This document shows, piece by piece, positions 35,691 to 45,420 of a stretch of DNA of 59,198 nt. The stretch is from an uncultured Candidatus Saccharibacteria bacterium (GTDB lineage Bacteria; Patescibacteriota; Minisyncoccia; Phycocordibacterales; DAORIS01): the NCBI GenBank assembly GCA_964442365.1, contig CAYTZA010000002.1:1-59198 (forward strand), read 5' to 3'. The notes under the pieces are model-generated. The model made no database searches. It was not told where the DNA came from and worked only from the letters and a program-made list of their open reading frames with translations. Numbering within the stretch: the first letter of the stretch is position 1; each line of letters starts with the position of its first letter. The position numbers and the translations under genes were made by a program.

Positions 35691-36092
35691 TTAGTATTTT
35701 CGTATTATGAAGAGTACCGCATAATGCACGATAAGTGCAACAGGAATTGCATACCATGCTGTTGCAAATGCTAAGAGGCTATTTGGAAGTGTTACTAGAG
35801 TATTGAGTCCAAGGATTTGTACACCAAAAGCTACAAGAAGTAAAAGAGAACTAAAAGAAACTGCTCCAAAGTGAAGTACTCTAGAAAAGCCCGAATATGA
35901 ATACGGAGCGGTGATATATTTATTGATTACTATATATCCAAGAATTGTAAAAAGTATAAACCAAGCAAAAAGCGAAAGAGCTCGATGCTCAAGTGTATCT
36001 CTCACGATGGGGATTTCTTTTGTAACTGCGGATATATTAAGAACTGCTCCGGCAATAATACCGGCTATACTAGCGCTTATGATGTGTTGCAT
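35691..36092 (-). CDS. Hypothetical 4-TM membrane protein
   Basis: 133 aa, hydrophobic. The stop is 1 nt from the lysS start. Confidence 0.6.
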   Translation of the reverse strand: MQHIISASIAGIIAGAVLNISAVTKEIPIVRDTLEHRALSLFAWFILFTILGYIVINKYITAPYSYSGFSRVLHFGAVSFSSLLLLVAFGVQILGLNTLVTLPNSLLAFATAWYAIPVALIVHYAVLFIIRKY

Positions 36093-36122
36093 ATCGTACA
36101 GTATACAATATGTCGTAATCTT

Positions 36123-37199
36123 TTATATCCCCTCTTTTTTAAGTTCTTCGATTATACGATGTGCTTCTTTGGAAAGCTTTTTTGGCATATCGATAACAAT
36201 CTGAATAAGTAGATCTCCTCTACCACCACGATCATGCGGAACACCTTTGCCTTTGACTCGGAGTGTCTCTCCAAACGCTATGCCTGCTGGAATAGTAACC
36301 GTAAGCTTACCATCTAGTGTTTCAAGTGGTAATTCTGCTCCAAGAAGAGCTGTAGAGAGCTTTATAGGTACTCTTGTAATTAGATTGTAACCTTCTTTAT
36401 GGAAGTGAGGATTGGCTTTGACATGAAGTTTAAGGTATAGATCTCCAGCTTTTCCTCCAGCAAGAGCTTCTCCTTTGCCTGTAACACGAATCATTTCACC
36501 ATCTTCAACACCGGTTGGTATTTGTATAGTGATTTCTTCATGACCACGAGTAGTTCCTGTGCCTTTACATGTTTTACATGTTACTGAAGGAACTTTTCCT
36601 GTACCATCACAAGTCTCACAAGTACGCACTGAAGCAAATTGTCCAAGAAAAGAACGTTTCATCTCTTGAATTTTTCCTTTACCATCACAGGTCGTACATG
36701 TTTTCATGCTACTTCCAGGCTCACCACGACTTCCCTTACAGTGCGAACATAGAGATGTTTTTGTGAGGTTAATCTTTTTCTCTACTCCAAAAATTGATTC
36801 AGAAAAAGATAACTCTGTGTCTATTGATATATCGCGACCCTTTTTTTCTTGTGTGCGTCCTCTACTTCCACCAAAGAAATCAGAGAACATGTCGCCGATA
36901 TCAAATTCTACACCCTGAGTAAATTGACTAAAGTCAAAACCTCCAAAACCTTGAGATGGATCGAAACCACTAGCTCCACCGCCAGATCCATTGAAGTTTT
37001 TACCATAGGTATCATACTGAGAGCGTTTTTTCTCATCAGAAAGGACACTGTAGGCTTCGTTGGCTTCTTTAAACTTTGTAGCATCTCCATCTTTTTTATC
37101 CGGGTGCAGTTTATGAGCAAGCTTTCTGAAAGCCTTTTTTATATCATCTTGTGAAGCATTGCGATCTACTCCTAGTATTTGGTAGTAATCTCTGGCCAT
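36123..37199 (-). CDS. dnaJ: Chaperone DnaJ
   Basis: J-domain DYYQILGV...HPD, G/F region, and four CxxCxGxG repeats. Confidence 0.96.
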   Translation of the reverse strand: MARDYYQILGVDRNASQDDIKKAFRKLAHKLHPDKKDGDATKFKEANEAYSVLSDEKKRSQYDTYGKNFNGSGGGASGFDPSQGFGGFDFSQFTQGVEFDIGDMFSDFFGGSRGRTQEKKGRDISIDTELSFSESIFGVEKKINLTKTSLCSHCKGSRGEPGSSMKTCTTCDGKGKIQEMKRSFLGQFASVRTCETCDGTGKVPSVTCKTCKGTGTTRGHEEITIQIPTGVEDGEMIRVTGKGEALAGGKAGDLYLKLHVKANPHFHKEGYNLITRVPIKLSTALLGAELPLETLDGKLTVTIPAGIAFGETLRVKGKGVPHDRGGRGDLLIQIVIDMPKKLSKEAHRIIEELKKEGI

Positions 37200-37202
37200 A
37201 TA

Positions 37203-39071
37203 TTATTTGGCTTCTGCATCACGTACGTTATCACTTCCAGTTTCTTTGTTTCCGTCAGTTGGTGGTGTTTGACTCTGATTCATGTGCTGTCCGATTTTCT
37301 GTATTTCAGTAGAGAGATCTGCTGTTGCTGTTTTGATAGCGTCTAGGTTATTCTCGTCTTTTACTTTTTTAAGATCAGCTATTTTTGTTTCAACGGTAGC
37401 TTTCAAATCTGCTGGTACTTTGTCTCCAGCATCTTTGAGAGATTTTTCAGATGTATAAACAAGTTGTTCTGCAATATTTTTTGCTTCAGCTATATCACGT
37501 TTTGTCTGATCTTCTGCAGCGTGTATTTCTGCGTCTTTTTGCATCTTCTCAATATCTTCTTTTGATAGACCAGAACTTCCCTGAATAGTGATTGATTGTT
37601 CTTTGTTAGTAGCTTTTTCTTTTGCTTTGACGTTTAGAATACCGTTTGCATCGATATCAAAGGTTACTTCTACTTGAGGCAAACCGCGTGGTGAAGGTGG
37701 AATACCGTCTAGAATAAATCTTCCAAGTGATTTATTGTCAGAAGCCATGGCGCGCTCACCTTGTACCACATGAATTTCTACAGACGTTTGATTGTCAGCA
37801 GCTGTTGAGAATATTTGACTTTTCGAAGCTGGAATCGTCATATTCTTTTCGATAAGTTTCGTAGCTACACCTCCCATAGTTTCAATACCAAGAGAAAGAG
37901 GTATAACATCTAGAAGAAGGATGTCTTTTACATCACCCCGTATAATACCTCCTTGGATAGCGGCACCAAGAGCTACCACTTCGTCAGGGTTAACACTCAT
38001 ATTTGGCTCTTTTTTGAAAAAGTCTTTTACAGCTTTTTGAAGTGCTGGCATACGTGTCTGTCCACCGACAAGAATCACTTCATTGATCTGGTCAATCTTA
38101 AATGGTGAAGCATTCATAGCGCGCTTAGTGATTTCCATAGCACGTTCGATAAACTCTGAAGTTAATTCTTCAAGTTTTGTTCGAGAAAGTGTAACCAAAA
38201 GGTGTTTTGGGCCATCAGAACCCGATGTGATAAATGGAATATTGATTTCTGAAGATACAGCAGTTGAAAGTTCAATCTTTGCTTTTTCAGCAGCTTCATC
38301 AAGACGCTGTACAGCTAGAGGATCTTTCATGAGATCTATACCGTTTTCTTTTTTGAAGGTTTCCGCTAACCAGTTAATGATTTTCTGATCGATATCTTTT
38401 CCTCCAAGGTGAGCATCTCCATCGGTAGACTTTACCTCTACGACATCATCACCTACTTCGAGTACTGAAATATCAAACGTACCACCTCCGAAATCGAATA
38501 CTACGATTTTCTCGTCTTTCTTTTTGTTGAAACCATAAGCAAGAGCGGCCGCTGTTGGTTCGTTGATAATACGCTTCACATCGAGTCCTGCGATTTTGCC
38601 AGCGTCTTTTGTTGCTTGACGTTGTGAGTCGTTGAAATATGCAGGTACTGTAATAACTGCTTCAGTAATCTTTTCTCCAAGACGTGCTTCGGCATCAGCT
38701 TTGAGTTTCTGAAGTATCATGGCTGAAATCTCTTCTGGACGTGACCATGTGTCACCCATTTTTACCTCTATACCACCGTTATTTGATTTACGAGTTTCGA
38801 AAGGAACTGAAGTGCGGTCTTTTTGTACAGCTGGTTCATCAAAGTTGTGACCAATAAATCGTTTAATCTGAAAAACTGTATTTTTCGGATTAGTCACAGC
38901 CTGCCGGCGGGCAAGAAGTCCGGCCAAACGTTCCCCTGTTTTTGATTGTGCCACAATAGAAGGTGTTGTACGCGCACCTTCTGCATTTTCTATGATTTTA
39001 GGTTCACCGAGTTCGATAACTGCGACAGCTGAGTTTGTTGTTCCAAGATCTATACCAATAATTTTAGACAT
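37203..39071 (-). CDS. dnaK: Chaperone DnaK (Hsp70)
   Basis: [17 protein letters not shown], and [11 protein letters not shown]. Confidence 0.98.
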   Translation of the reverse strand: MSKIIGIDLGTTNSAVAVIELGEPKIIENAEGARTTPSIVAQSKTGERLAGLLARRQAVTNPKNTVFQIKRFIGHNFDEPAVQKDRTSVPFETRKSNNGGIEVKMGDTWSRPEEISAMILQKLKADAEARLGEKITEAVITVPAYFNDSQRQATKDAGKIAGLDVKRIINEPTAAALAYGFNKKKDEKIVVFDFGGGTFDISVLEVGDDVVEVKSTDGDAHLGGKDIDQKIINWLAETFKKENGIDLMKDPLAVQRLDEAAEKAKIELSTAVSSEINIPFITSGSDGPKHLLVTLSRTKLEELTSEFIERAMEITKRAMNASPFKIDQINEVILVGGQTRMPALQKAVKDFFKKEPNMSVNPDEVVALGAAIQGGIIRGDVKDILLLDVIPLSLGIETMGGVATKLIEKNMTIPASKSQIFSTAADNQTSVEIHVVQGERAMASDNKSLGRFILDGIPPSPRGLPQVEVTFDIDANGILNVKAKEKATNKEQSITIQGSSGLSKEDIEKMQKDAEIHAAEDQTKRDIAEAKNIAEQLVYTSEKSLKDAGDKVPADLKATVETKIADLKKVKDENNLDAIKTATADLSTEIQKIGQHMNQSQTPPTDGNKETGSDNVRDAEAK

Positions 39072-39121
39072 AAATGTGTGTAAATATAATAGTTAATAAC
39101 AATCTACAAAGTAGAAAGAAA

Positions 39122-39442
39122 CTATTGTACACACGGAGGCCGAGCTCCATACCAATTTAAAATATTTTCTGTTTGTGTTGAAAAAAGAGAAACAAAAGGA
39201 GATAGTATTGCACCTCTTGGATTACTGTTTTTTGCAATAGATCCAGAAAGAGCTAAAGTTCCAACACTACCTGGAAGAGCTTGTGTTTTTTTAGCAATAA
39301 CCTTGATGAGTCGAGGTTCGGAATATGTAGTTTGATTACCGTGCTGTTCTACGAGTACTGCAAAAACAAGCAAAGATGTCTCTGTTTCAACAGTTCGGAA
39401 CTGAATACGACGTTTTGTATATATATTAAGCGTTGTGTTCAT
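39122..39442 (-). CDS. Doubtful ORF (106 aa) filling the grpE-dnaK gap
   Basis: ATG 39442 with AGGAG upstream, overlapping the grpE stop by 17 nt. No family recognised. Confidence 0.35.
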   Translation of the reverse strand: MNTTLNIYTKRRIQFRTVETETSLLVFAVLVEQHGNQTTYSEPRLIKVIAKKTQALPGSVGTLALSGSIAKNSNPRGAILSPFVSLFSTQTENILNWYGARPPCVQ

Positions 39443-40025
39443 ATTCTCCTACGATTACTCGAGCTGGACGTACTACCTTACCCTGTAGTATATATCCTTT
39501 TTGTATAACTTCAAGAACTTTGTGATCATTTTCTTTTTCAGTCGTTTTTCGATTCTCTATAGCCATATGACGAGAAGGATCAAAGACTTCTCCTATAGCA
39601 CCAAATTCTGTAACTCCACGATCTTTAAGGATTCCCATGAACTGATTATAGATATATTCCACACCGGCTCTCCAGTTTTTATCAACTTTCTCCCAAGCCT
39701 CTTTGTTTCCAAAAGCCATACCAAAACTATCAGCCACACCAAGCATATCTGTTACTATATCTTCCGTCGCAAATTTCATGAACTCTTTTTTAGATTCTTC
39801 GTCTCGTTTACGAATATTCACAAACTCTGCTTGAGCTCTTTGCCAACTATCTAAATATTTTTGTTTTTCAGCTTGTGTTTCTTTGAGTTCAGCACGTAGT
39901 TTTTTAACCTTTTCTTGAAGGTTTTCTTCAGCAACTATATCTTCTTCTAGTTCTATATCTGTCGTATCTGCATCAGTTTCTGTGTCCTGAACGACCTCTT
40001 TTTTATCTTCTGTAGGATCTATCAT
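39426..40025 (-). CDS. grpE: Nucleotide exchange factor GrpE
   Basis: Acidic N-terminus, coiled coil, ...RAQAEFVNIRKR..., and C-terminal beta domain VVRPARVIVG. Confidence 0.93.
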   Translation of the reverse strand: MIDPTEDKKEVVQDTETDADTTDIELEEDIVAEENLQEKVKKLRAELKETQAEKQKYLDSWQRAQAEFVNIRKRDEESKKEFMKFATEDIVTDMLGVADSFGMAFGNKEAWEKVDKNWRAGVEYIYNQFMGILKDRGVTEFGAIGEVFDPSRHMAIENRKTTEKENDHKVLEVIQKGYILQGKVVRPARVIVGEYEHNA

Positions 40026-40081
40026 AAGGACTATATTTTAACTCCAAAAATACACTTTTGCAAGAATTAATTCTAACCAAC

Positions 40082-40103
40082 AAAAAACCCGGCGAGGACC
40101 GGG
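40082..40103 (-). terminator. Rho-independent terminator after rpsI
   Basis: cccgg-cgagga-ccggg. The minus strand is followed by TTTTTT. Confidence 0.8.
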
Positions 40104-40125
40104 ATTTTGTGTGTGAACTCTGAGA

Positions 40126-40530
40126 TTAACGTTTTGACCACTGAGGGGCTTTGCGAGCCTTTTTGAGACCGAATTTACGACGCTCTTTAGCACGAGGGTC
40201 ACGTTTTAGAAAACCTTCTTTTTTGAGTGGTTTACGAAGTTCGGCATCGTCTTTTACAAGAGCGCGAGTAATAGCATGACGAATAGCTTCTGCTTGTGAG
40301 TGTATACCGCCACCGTTTACTAGGATAGTAATCTTTGATTTAGTACCCTTTCCAACAAGCACAAGACTCTCAGTGACGATTCGCTGTAATTCGGCTGTAG
40401 GGAAATATTCAGTAAAAGTACGGTCATTGATCACAATAGACTGTTTTGTGCTGTCTGAGAGGCGTACGCGGGCTACAGAGGTCTTACGACGTCCGACTGC
40501 TTGAATGTATGTTGTTGCTGTTTCTGACAT
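40126..40530 (-). CDS. rpsI: 30S ribosomal protein S9
   Basis: ...GGGIHSQAEAIRHAITRAL...KKARKAPQWSKR. Confidence 0.96.
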   Translation of the reverse strand: MSETATTYIQAVGRRKTSVARVRLSDSTKQSIVINDRTFTEYFPTAELQRIVTESLVLVGKGTKSKITILVNGGGIHSQAEAIRHAITRALVKDDAELRKPLKKEGFLKRDPRAKERRKFGLKKARKAPQWSKR

Positions 40531-40542
40531 ATATAAATCGTA

Positions 40543-40887
40543 TTATTCTTTAATCGTAACGTTCTGTATCATTTTACTGCGAAGCTTGTTTTTAGGAAGC
40601 ATACCGTAAATAGCAATACGAAATACTTCTCCAATACCCTTCTTCTCAATCGTACGTGCCATACCCTCTTCACGAAGACCTCCAGCAAAACCAGAGAAGA
40701 ATTTATATGCTTTTGCGGCAACTTTCTTTTCGCTAAGATTTACTTTACTTGCGTTAATTATTTCAACAGTATTTTCTGAGAGAGTATTGCGAGCAAAAGT
40801 AGGCTGATCTTTTCCAAGTAAAATCTTAGCCGCTTCGCTTGCGATTCTTCCAACCTTTTTATCTTGTGCGTCTAGTGTGTATTTCAT
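40543..40887 (-). CDS. rplM: 50S ribosomal protein L13
   Basis: GRIASEAAKILLGK...IYGMLPKN. ATG 40887. Confidence 0.93.
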   Translation of the reverse strand: MKYTLDAQDKKVGRIASEAAKILLGKDQPTFARNTLSENTVEIINASKVNLSEKKVAAKAYKFFSGFAGGLREEGMARTIEKKGIGEVFRIAIYGMLPKNKLRSKMIQNVTIKE

Positions 40888-40888
40888 A

Positions 40889-41239
40889 TTATACAAATTC
40901 AATGATTGCCATAGGACTACCATCAGAAAGTCTTCGTGGAAGTTTCATGATGCGTGTGTATCCTCCCTGTCTCTTTTCATATTTAGTAGCAAGAGTTTCT
41001 ACGATTTTTTTAGCACCAGTTTCTGAACGAATAGCACTAACAATATCGCGACGTGCAGAGAGAGTATTCTTTTTACCTTTTGTAACAAGTTTCTCTACAT
41101 ATGGACGAAGTTCTTTTGCTTTTGCTTCAGTGGTAGTGATTCGTTCGTGTAGCACCAAAGAACGCGCCAAAGACTGCATCAGTGCGACACGCTGATTGAG
41201 TTTAAGGCCAAAACTTCGATTACGTTTATGATGCTTCAT
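40889..41239 (-). CDS. rplQ: 50S ribosomal protein L17
   Basis: MKHHKRNRSFGLKLNQRVALMQSLARSLVLHERITTT. Confidence 0.95.
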   Translation of the reverse strand: MKHHKRNRSFGLKLNQRVALMQSLARSLVLHERITTTEAKAKELRPYVEKLVTKGKKNTLSARRDIVSAIRSETGAKKIVETLATKYEKRQGGYTRIMKLPRRLSDGSPMAIIEFV

Positions 41240-41242
41240 ATA

Positions 41243-42208
41243 TTATTTCAAGAAAATACCAAACTGTTCAAGCGCTTTTCTGATTTCTGCTATACCCTTT
41301 GCTCCAAGACCTTCGATTTCAAGAAGATCTTCTTCTTTCTTTCGAGAAAGTCCACCAACAGTACGAATATTTGCACTTGTAAGAGCGTTAATTGTTCGTC
41401 CTGAAAGATCAAGAGATTCTACGCGAGTTTTCAATGACTCGGGGTCAACTTCTTTTTTGTCTTTTGTCTCATGACCTTCATCCATATCACTTACTCCAGA
41501 TACTTTCTCATCAGTTTCTTTGAAACCAACAATAGCTTTGAGTTGTGAAATCATAGTCTGAATAGATCGTTCTAGAGCGTCTTTTGGTGTAAGAGTTCCG
41601 TCTGTTTCAATAAAAATACGAAGGCGGTTGAAATCAGTACGATCACCAACACGCATGTTTTCTACTTCGTATGAAGCGCGACGAATAGGTGTGAAGATAG
41701 CATCAAGACTACTTGTGCCAATATCGACACGATTTTTCTGGTGTACTTCTTTTGGAACATAGCCAAGCCCTGAATCAACAACAAGTTCTATATCAAGATC
41801 TGATGTTTTATCAGTAGTACGAGCAATATATGCATCTGGAGTAAGTATTTCTACTTGACCAACAACTTCTATATCCTTTGCATATATTTCCTGAGCACCT
41901 TTTATTTTAAGATGCATAGTCTGAGGTTCGTTTGTAAGTAAACGAATACGAACCTTTTTAAGGTTAAGAAGAATGGTTATAACATCTTCTTTAACACCAG
42001 AAATAGTTGAAAATTCATGATCTGCACCCTTAATCTTAACTGATGTTATAGCTGCACCTGGAATAGAAGAAAGAATGATACGGCGGAGTGAATTACCAAG
42101 TGTGTGGCCGTATCCAGGATAAAGACCGTCAATTTCAAATGTACCACTAAACCCCTCTTCTCTTACTATCTTTGGCTTCGAAGGCAAAACAATGTGTGGA
42201 TCAAGCAT
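41243..42208 (-). CDS. rpoA: DNA-directed RNA polymerase subunit alpha
   Basis: GHTLGNSLRRILLSS-type motif (GHTLGNSLRRIILSSIPG) and a C-terminal HhH domain (LDLSGRTINAL). ATG 42208. Confidence 0.95.
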   Translation of the reverse strand: MLDPHIVLPSKPKIVREEGFSGTFEIDGLYPGYGHTLGNSLRRIILSSIPGAAITSVKIKGADHEFSTISGVKEDVITILLNLKKVRIRLLTNEPQTMHLKIKGAQEIYAKDIEVVGQVEILTPDAYIARTTDKTSDLDIELVVDSGLGYVPKEVHQKNRVDIGTSSLDAIFTPIRRASYEVENMRVGDRTDFNRLRIFIETDGTLTPKDALERSIQTMISQLKAIVGFKETDEKVSGVSDMDEGHETKDKKEVDPESLKTRVESLDLSGRTINALTSANIRTVGGLSRKKEEDLLEIEGLGAKGIAEIRKALEQFGIFLK

Positions 42209-42263
42209 ATGAGCAAAAATTAATACGTAACAATATACCTTATTATTTAAAATATCGCAAGTT

Positions 42264-42863
42264 TTAACGACTATAAAACTCGAGAACAAGCGCTAAATCG
42301 AACTGGAGTTCTGTTTGATTGAGTACTGGTTGGCCCTGAACTGTAACAATTTTCTTTTCTGGATCGACCTTTATCCAAGAAGGAGCTTTGTGTTTAGGGA
42401 GTGTTTCATCGAGTGTAGAAAAGAGTTTTGCTTTTTGACTACCAGGTCTAATAGATATTACTTCGCCAACTGAAACTTGGTATGAAGGGATATTAACTTT
42501 TTTACCGTTTATCACAATATGTCCATGAGAAACCATTTGTCGAGAAGCTAAACGTGTAGGAGCAAAACCAGCACGATAAACTACGTTATCTAGACGATTT
42601 TCCAAAAGTCCAAAAAGCACCTCTTGCTGATTTAGAACTTTTTTTGAAAGTACTTTTTTTACATAATTTGCAAACTGTTTAGCAGAAAGAACATAAGTAA
42701 AACGAACTTTTTGTTTTTCTACAAGTTGAATACCATAGTTACTTCTAGCAAAATTACGCTTTTGTCGACGACCTTCGCGCAAAGCAAACTTTGGTGTCTG
42801 TGTCTTCTCAAATACCGGAGTATTGAGACGACGAGCAATTTTGTATTTTGACTTTATGAGCAT
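42264..42863 (-). CDS. rpsD: 30S ribosomal protein S4
   Basis: ...YGIQLVEKQK..., with S4 RNA-binding domain LDNVVYRAGFAPTRLASRQMVSHGHI. Confidence 0.95.
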   Translation of the reverse strand: MLIKSKYKIARRLNTPVFEKTQTPKFALREGRRQKRNFARSNYGIQLVEKQKVRFTYVLSAKQFANYVKKVLSKKVLNQQEVLFGLLENRLDNVVYRAGFAPTRLASRQMVSHGHIVINGKKVNIPSYQVSVGEVISIRPGSQKAKLFSTLDETLPKHKAPSWIKVDPEKKIVTVQGQPVLNQTELQFDLALVLEFYSR

Positions 42864-42878
42864 AATAGTAAATAAGTA

Positions 42879-43325
42879 TTAAACGCGACGAGGCTTCTTT
42901 GGTTTCGGACCATTGTGCGGAACAGGTGTAACATCTTTGATGGTACCAAGAGCAATTGAGCGACTAATAAATCCTCTGATTGATGACTCTCGTCCTGAAC
43001 CAACACCAGAAACAACAACATCGATTTCTTTCATGCCAAGTTCGAGCGCTTTATCACCTAACAACTCGCCAACCTTTGCGGCTGCAAAAGGTGTTCCCTT
43101 CTTTGCCCCTTTAAAACCAAGAGCTCCAGCAGAAGAAGCGGCGAGAGCATTGCCTTTTTTGTCAGCCAAAAGAAGTTTTGTATTGTTGTATGTTGATTGC
43201 ACAAAAAGCATACCTGAAGCAATAACCTTTTTCTTTGATTTTGCTTTTTCTGGTACAGCTTCAGTTTCGACTTTTTTTGTCTTAGTATCAATCTCGCCTT
43301 CTGTTGTAATGCGTTTTTTACCCAT
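42879..43325 (-). CDS. rpsK: 30S ribosomal protein S11 (with N-terminal Lys-rich extension)
   Basis: ...STYNNT...GFKGAKKGTPFAA...TPVPHNG.KPKKPRRV. Confidence 0.95.
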   Translation of the reverse strand: MGKKRITTEGEIDTKTKKVETEAVPEKAKSKKKVIASGMLFVQSTYNNTKLLLADKKGNALAASSAGALGFKGAKKGTPFAAAKVGELLGDKALELGMKEIDVVVSGVGSGRESSIRGFISRSIALGTIKDVTPVPHNGPKPKKPRRV

Positions 43326-43328
43326 ATA

Positions 43329-43706
43329 TTATTTCTTTTCTTCTTTACGACGACCAGAACCCATAGTCTTTTTAACACCCTTCAAAGTACGAGCGTTAGT
43401 CTTTGTTCTTTGTCCACGAGCTGGAAGTCGACGCATATGACGAACTCCTCGATATGCTTTGATATCTTTAAGTCTTTTTATATTACCAGCAACTTCTCGT
43501 TTCAAATCTCCTTCAATTTTTATACTTTCAACTATTTTACGAATAGCATTTTCTTCGTCAGGAGTAAGATCTTTTGCTTTCTTGCCATATTCCACTTTTG
43601 CTTCATCAAGAATAGTATGCGCACGAGGACGTCCTATACCATAGAGCGTAGTAAGCGCAATTTCCATTCTCTTATTATCGGGAAGTGTTATACCTAGTAT
43701 TCTCAT
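43329..43706 (-). CDS. rpsM: 30S ribosomal protein S13
   Basis: MRILGITLPDNKRMEIALTTLYGIG...YRGVRH. Confidence 0.96.
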   Translation of the reverse strand: MRILGITLPDNKRMEIALTTLYGIGRPRAHTILDEAKVEYGKKAKDLTPDEENAIRKIVESIKIEGDLKREVAGNIKRLKDIKAYRGVRHMRRLPARGQRTKTNARTLKGVKKTMGSGRRKEEKK

Positions 43707-43711
43707 ATTTT

Positions 43712-43828
43712 TTAGCCTTGTCTCTGTTTATGACGAGGGTCAGCACTGCATATAACATATACATAGCCCTTTCGACGGACTACTTTGCATTTTGCACATA
43801 TTTTTTTTACAGATGCTTTGACCTTCAT
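43712..43828 (-). CDS. rpmJ: 50S ribosomal protein L36
   Basis: Hand-translated as [38 protein letters not shown] (38 aa). It is below the ORF-track cutoff. Confidence 0.93.
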   Translation of the reverse strand: MKVKASVKKICAKCKVVRRKGYVYVICSADPRHKQRQG

Positions 43829-43843
43829 GTAATAATTATAAAA

Positions 43844-44077
43844 TTAAAATCGTCTTGTTATACGAGCTTTTCCCCCATAAGGTTCGAGCTCAAGACTTAC
43901 TTTATCACCAACGAGAACACGTATACGATTAAGGCGCATTTTACCGGCAAGATACGCTAAAACCTGTTTTTTCTCATGAGCATCACTACCAGTAAGTTCT
44001 ACCCGAAACATTGTATTTGGCAAAGCCTCGGTAACAACTCCCTGAACTTCATCTTTTTGTAATGTGTCTGTACTCAC
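43844..44077 (-). CDS. infA: Translation initiation factor IF-1
   Basis: ...[15 protein letters not shown]...[21 protein letters not shown] place the start at GTG 44077. The longer track ORF adds an implausible Cys/Tyr-rich N-terminus. Confidence 0.88.
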   Translation of the reverse strand: MSTDTLQKDEVQGVVTEALPNTMFRVELTGSDAHEKKQVLAYLAGKMRLNRIRVLVGDKVSLELEPYGGKARITRRF

Positions 44078-44126
44078 GCAGTGCGAGATATAGTAGCAGA
44101 TGTATGGGGTTTTCGTCAACTGTGTA

Positions 44127-45404
44127 CTACTCAGAAATACGGATTTTCTGTGCATCGGCAGGAAAAGCTGTCTTCCAAAATGGACTTATGACAAATTCCG
44201 CAGTCTTAATCCCTGAATATTTAAGAAGTACTGACTGGGCCTCTTTTCTTGGTACAGAGACCAAATCTTCAGCTAATTTCTCTTTATTGTAAAACCATTT
44301 AACCGTTACAGTGCCTTTTAGTGTAAGAGAAACGTTATTGTTTTTCCACGGTGATAGAGCAGGCCTTGTTTCTATAATAATCTTAGAAAAATCATCCACA
44401 TAAGCCCCTACTTTTAATTCATTGAAAGATGTTTTATCAATAATAATATCCGAGAGCTGTTTTTTAGGAAATACAAAAGTATGACTATCAACAGCATAGG
44501 TGATAGATACAGCCTGACCAGATGTAGCTGTAGATCTAGAAATTTCTTTCATTTCAAAGAAAATAGCACTTGGTATGGTTACAATATCTTCACCTTTATT
44601 TTCTTCTGCGATTTGTTTTCTGAGTTCCGTTTCCATTGATCTAGTTTTTTCAGCAATATCTTGTTCAGATACCTTTTTTTGAACACCAACAAACCCTCCC
44701 GTCATAGCTGTTTTACTACGAGCATACATAGTTTCAAAACGAGGATCTCCCTTGAAACCTGGGATAGTAAAATCTGTCATACCAATATTATAAGATTCCC
44801 CTGCAACATCGGCATATACTGTTACTTCTAGACTACCAGCTTCAATTACCCCAGCTTTCTTTGTGTAACCAGGGACACTGACTTGATTTGCGATACGATA
44901 TATTTTGCCATCGGGTGTTTGAAAACGTGTATTTTTTATAAGTTGTTGAGGAGTAGTTGATTGTTTATTGTATATAATGATCTGACCACTAGCCTTTTTT
45001 TCTACACGTTCTTCACCAGAAGCTGTCACTTCTATGTTTTGATTGGTTGTTTTTGAAACAATATTGTATCGAAGAGCATTTGCAGATGTTGATGTATTTG
45101 AAACAGCATCAACTGAAAGAGAAATTGTTGCTTCCTGACTACGCGGAGTCACTGTTACTTGTGCCCCGCTCAATTTTATAGAATAAAAACCAAGACCTAT
45201 AGCCACAACGAGAATCGGTATAACAATAGCTGCTGTGTAAAAAAACCAAGAGTGCTTCTTTTCTGCTTGATTAAAAATCTCCTCGTCAAAATTATACTCT
45301 GGTTCAGGGGTGATATGATGTTTTCGCTCTAGCGGTGGAGCAGCTTTATGACGGAGGGGGACGTTGCGAATCGATCTTTTATTTGGTGGAATAATATCGT
45401 GCAT
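44127..45404 (-). CDS. Hypothetical single-pass membrane protein with large extracytoplasmic domain
   Basis: [17 protein letters not shown]... cytoplasmic tail, one TM segment, then about 330 aa that look beta-rich. No family recognised. Confidence 0.7.
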   Translation of the reverse strand: MHDIIPPNKRSIRNVPLRHKAAPPLERKHHITPEPEYNFDEEIFNQAEKKHSWFFYTAAIVIPILVVAIGLGFYSIKLSGAQVTVTPRSQEATISLSVDAVSNTSTSANALRYNIVSKTTNQNIEVTASGEERVEKKASGQIIIYNKQSTTPQQLIKNTRFQTPDGKIYRIANQVSVPGYTKKAGVIEAGSLEVTVYADVAGESYNIGMTDFTIPGFKGDPRFETMYARSKTAMTGGFVGVQKKVSEQDIAEKTRSMETELRKQIAEENKGEDIVTIPSAIFFEMKEISRSTATSGQAVSITYAVDSHTFVFPKKQLSDIIIDKTSFNELKVGAYVDDFSKIIIETRPALSPWKNNNVSLTLKGTVTVKWFYNKEKLAEDLVSVPRKEAQSVLLKYSGIKTAEFVISPFWKTAFPADAQKIRISE

Positions 45405-45420
45405 AGTACTAAGGTGTATT

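Noticed and set aside
39072-40125. CIRCE/HrcA operator controlling grpE-dnaK-dnaJ
   Set aside because: No TTAGCACTC-N9-GAGTGCTAA-like inverted repeat is seen upstream of grpE or dnaK. No hrcA gene is present in the window.
42913-43440. 175-aa plus-strand ORF (and similar antisense ORFs at 47518..48057, 2595..3029, 3134..3583, 24442..24810, 28325..28708)
   Set aside because: They lie entirely antisense to well-supported conserved genes (rpsK/rpsM, alaS, yqeY, trpS, kinase and others). They have low-complexity composition and no SD.
43844-44155. 103-aa IF-1 with a long N-terminal extension, as in the track
   Set aside because: The extension ([26 protein letters not shown]) is unlike IF-1 and overlaps the upstream gene. 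GTG 44077 gives a canonical 77-aa IF-1.
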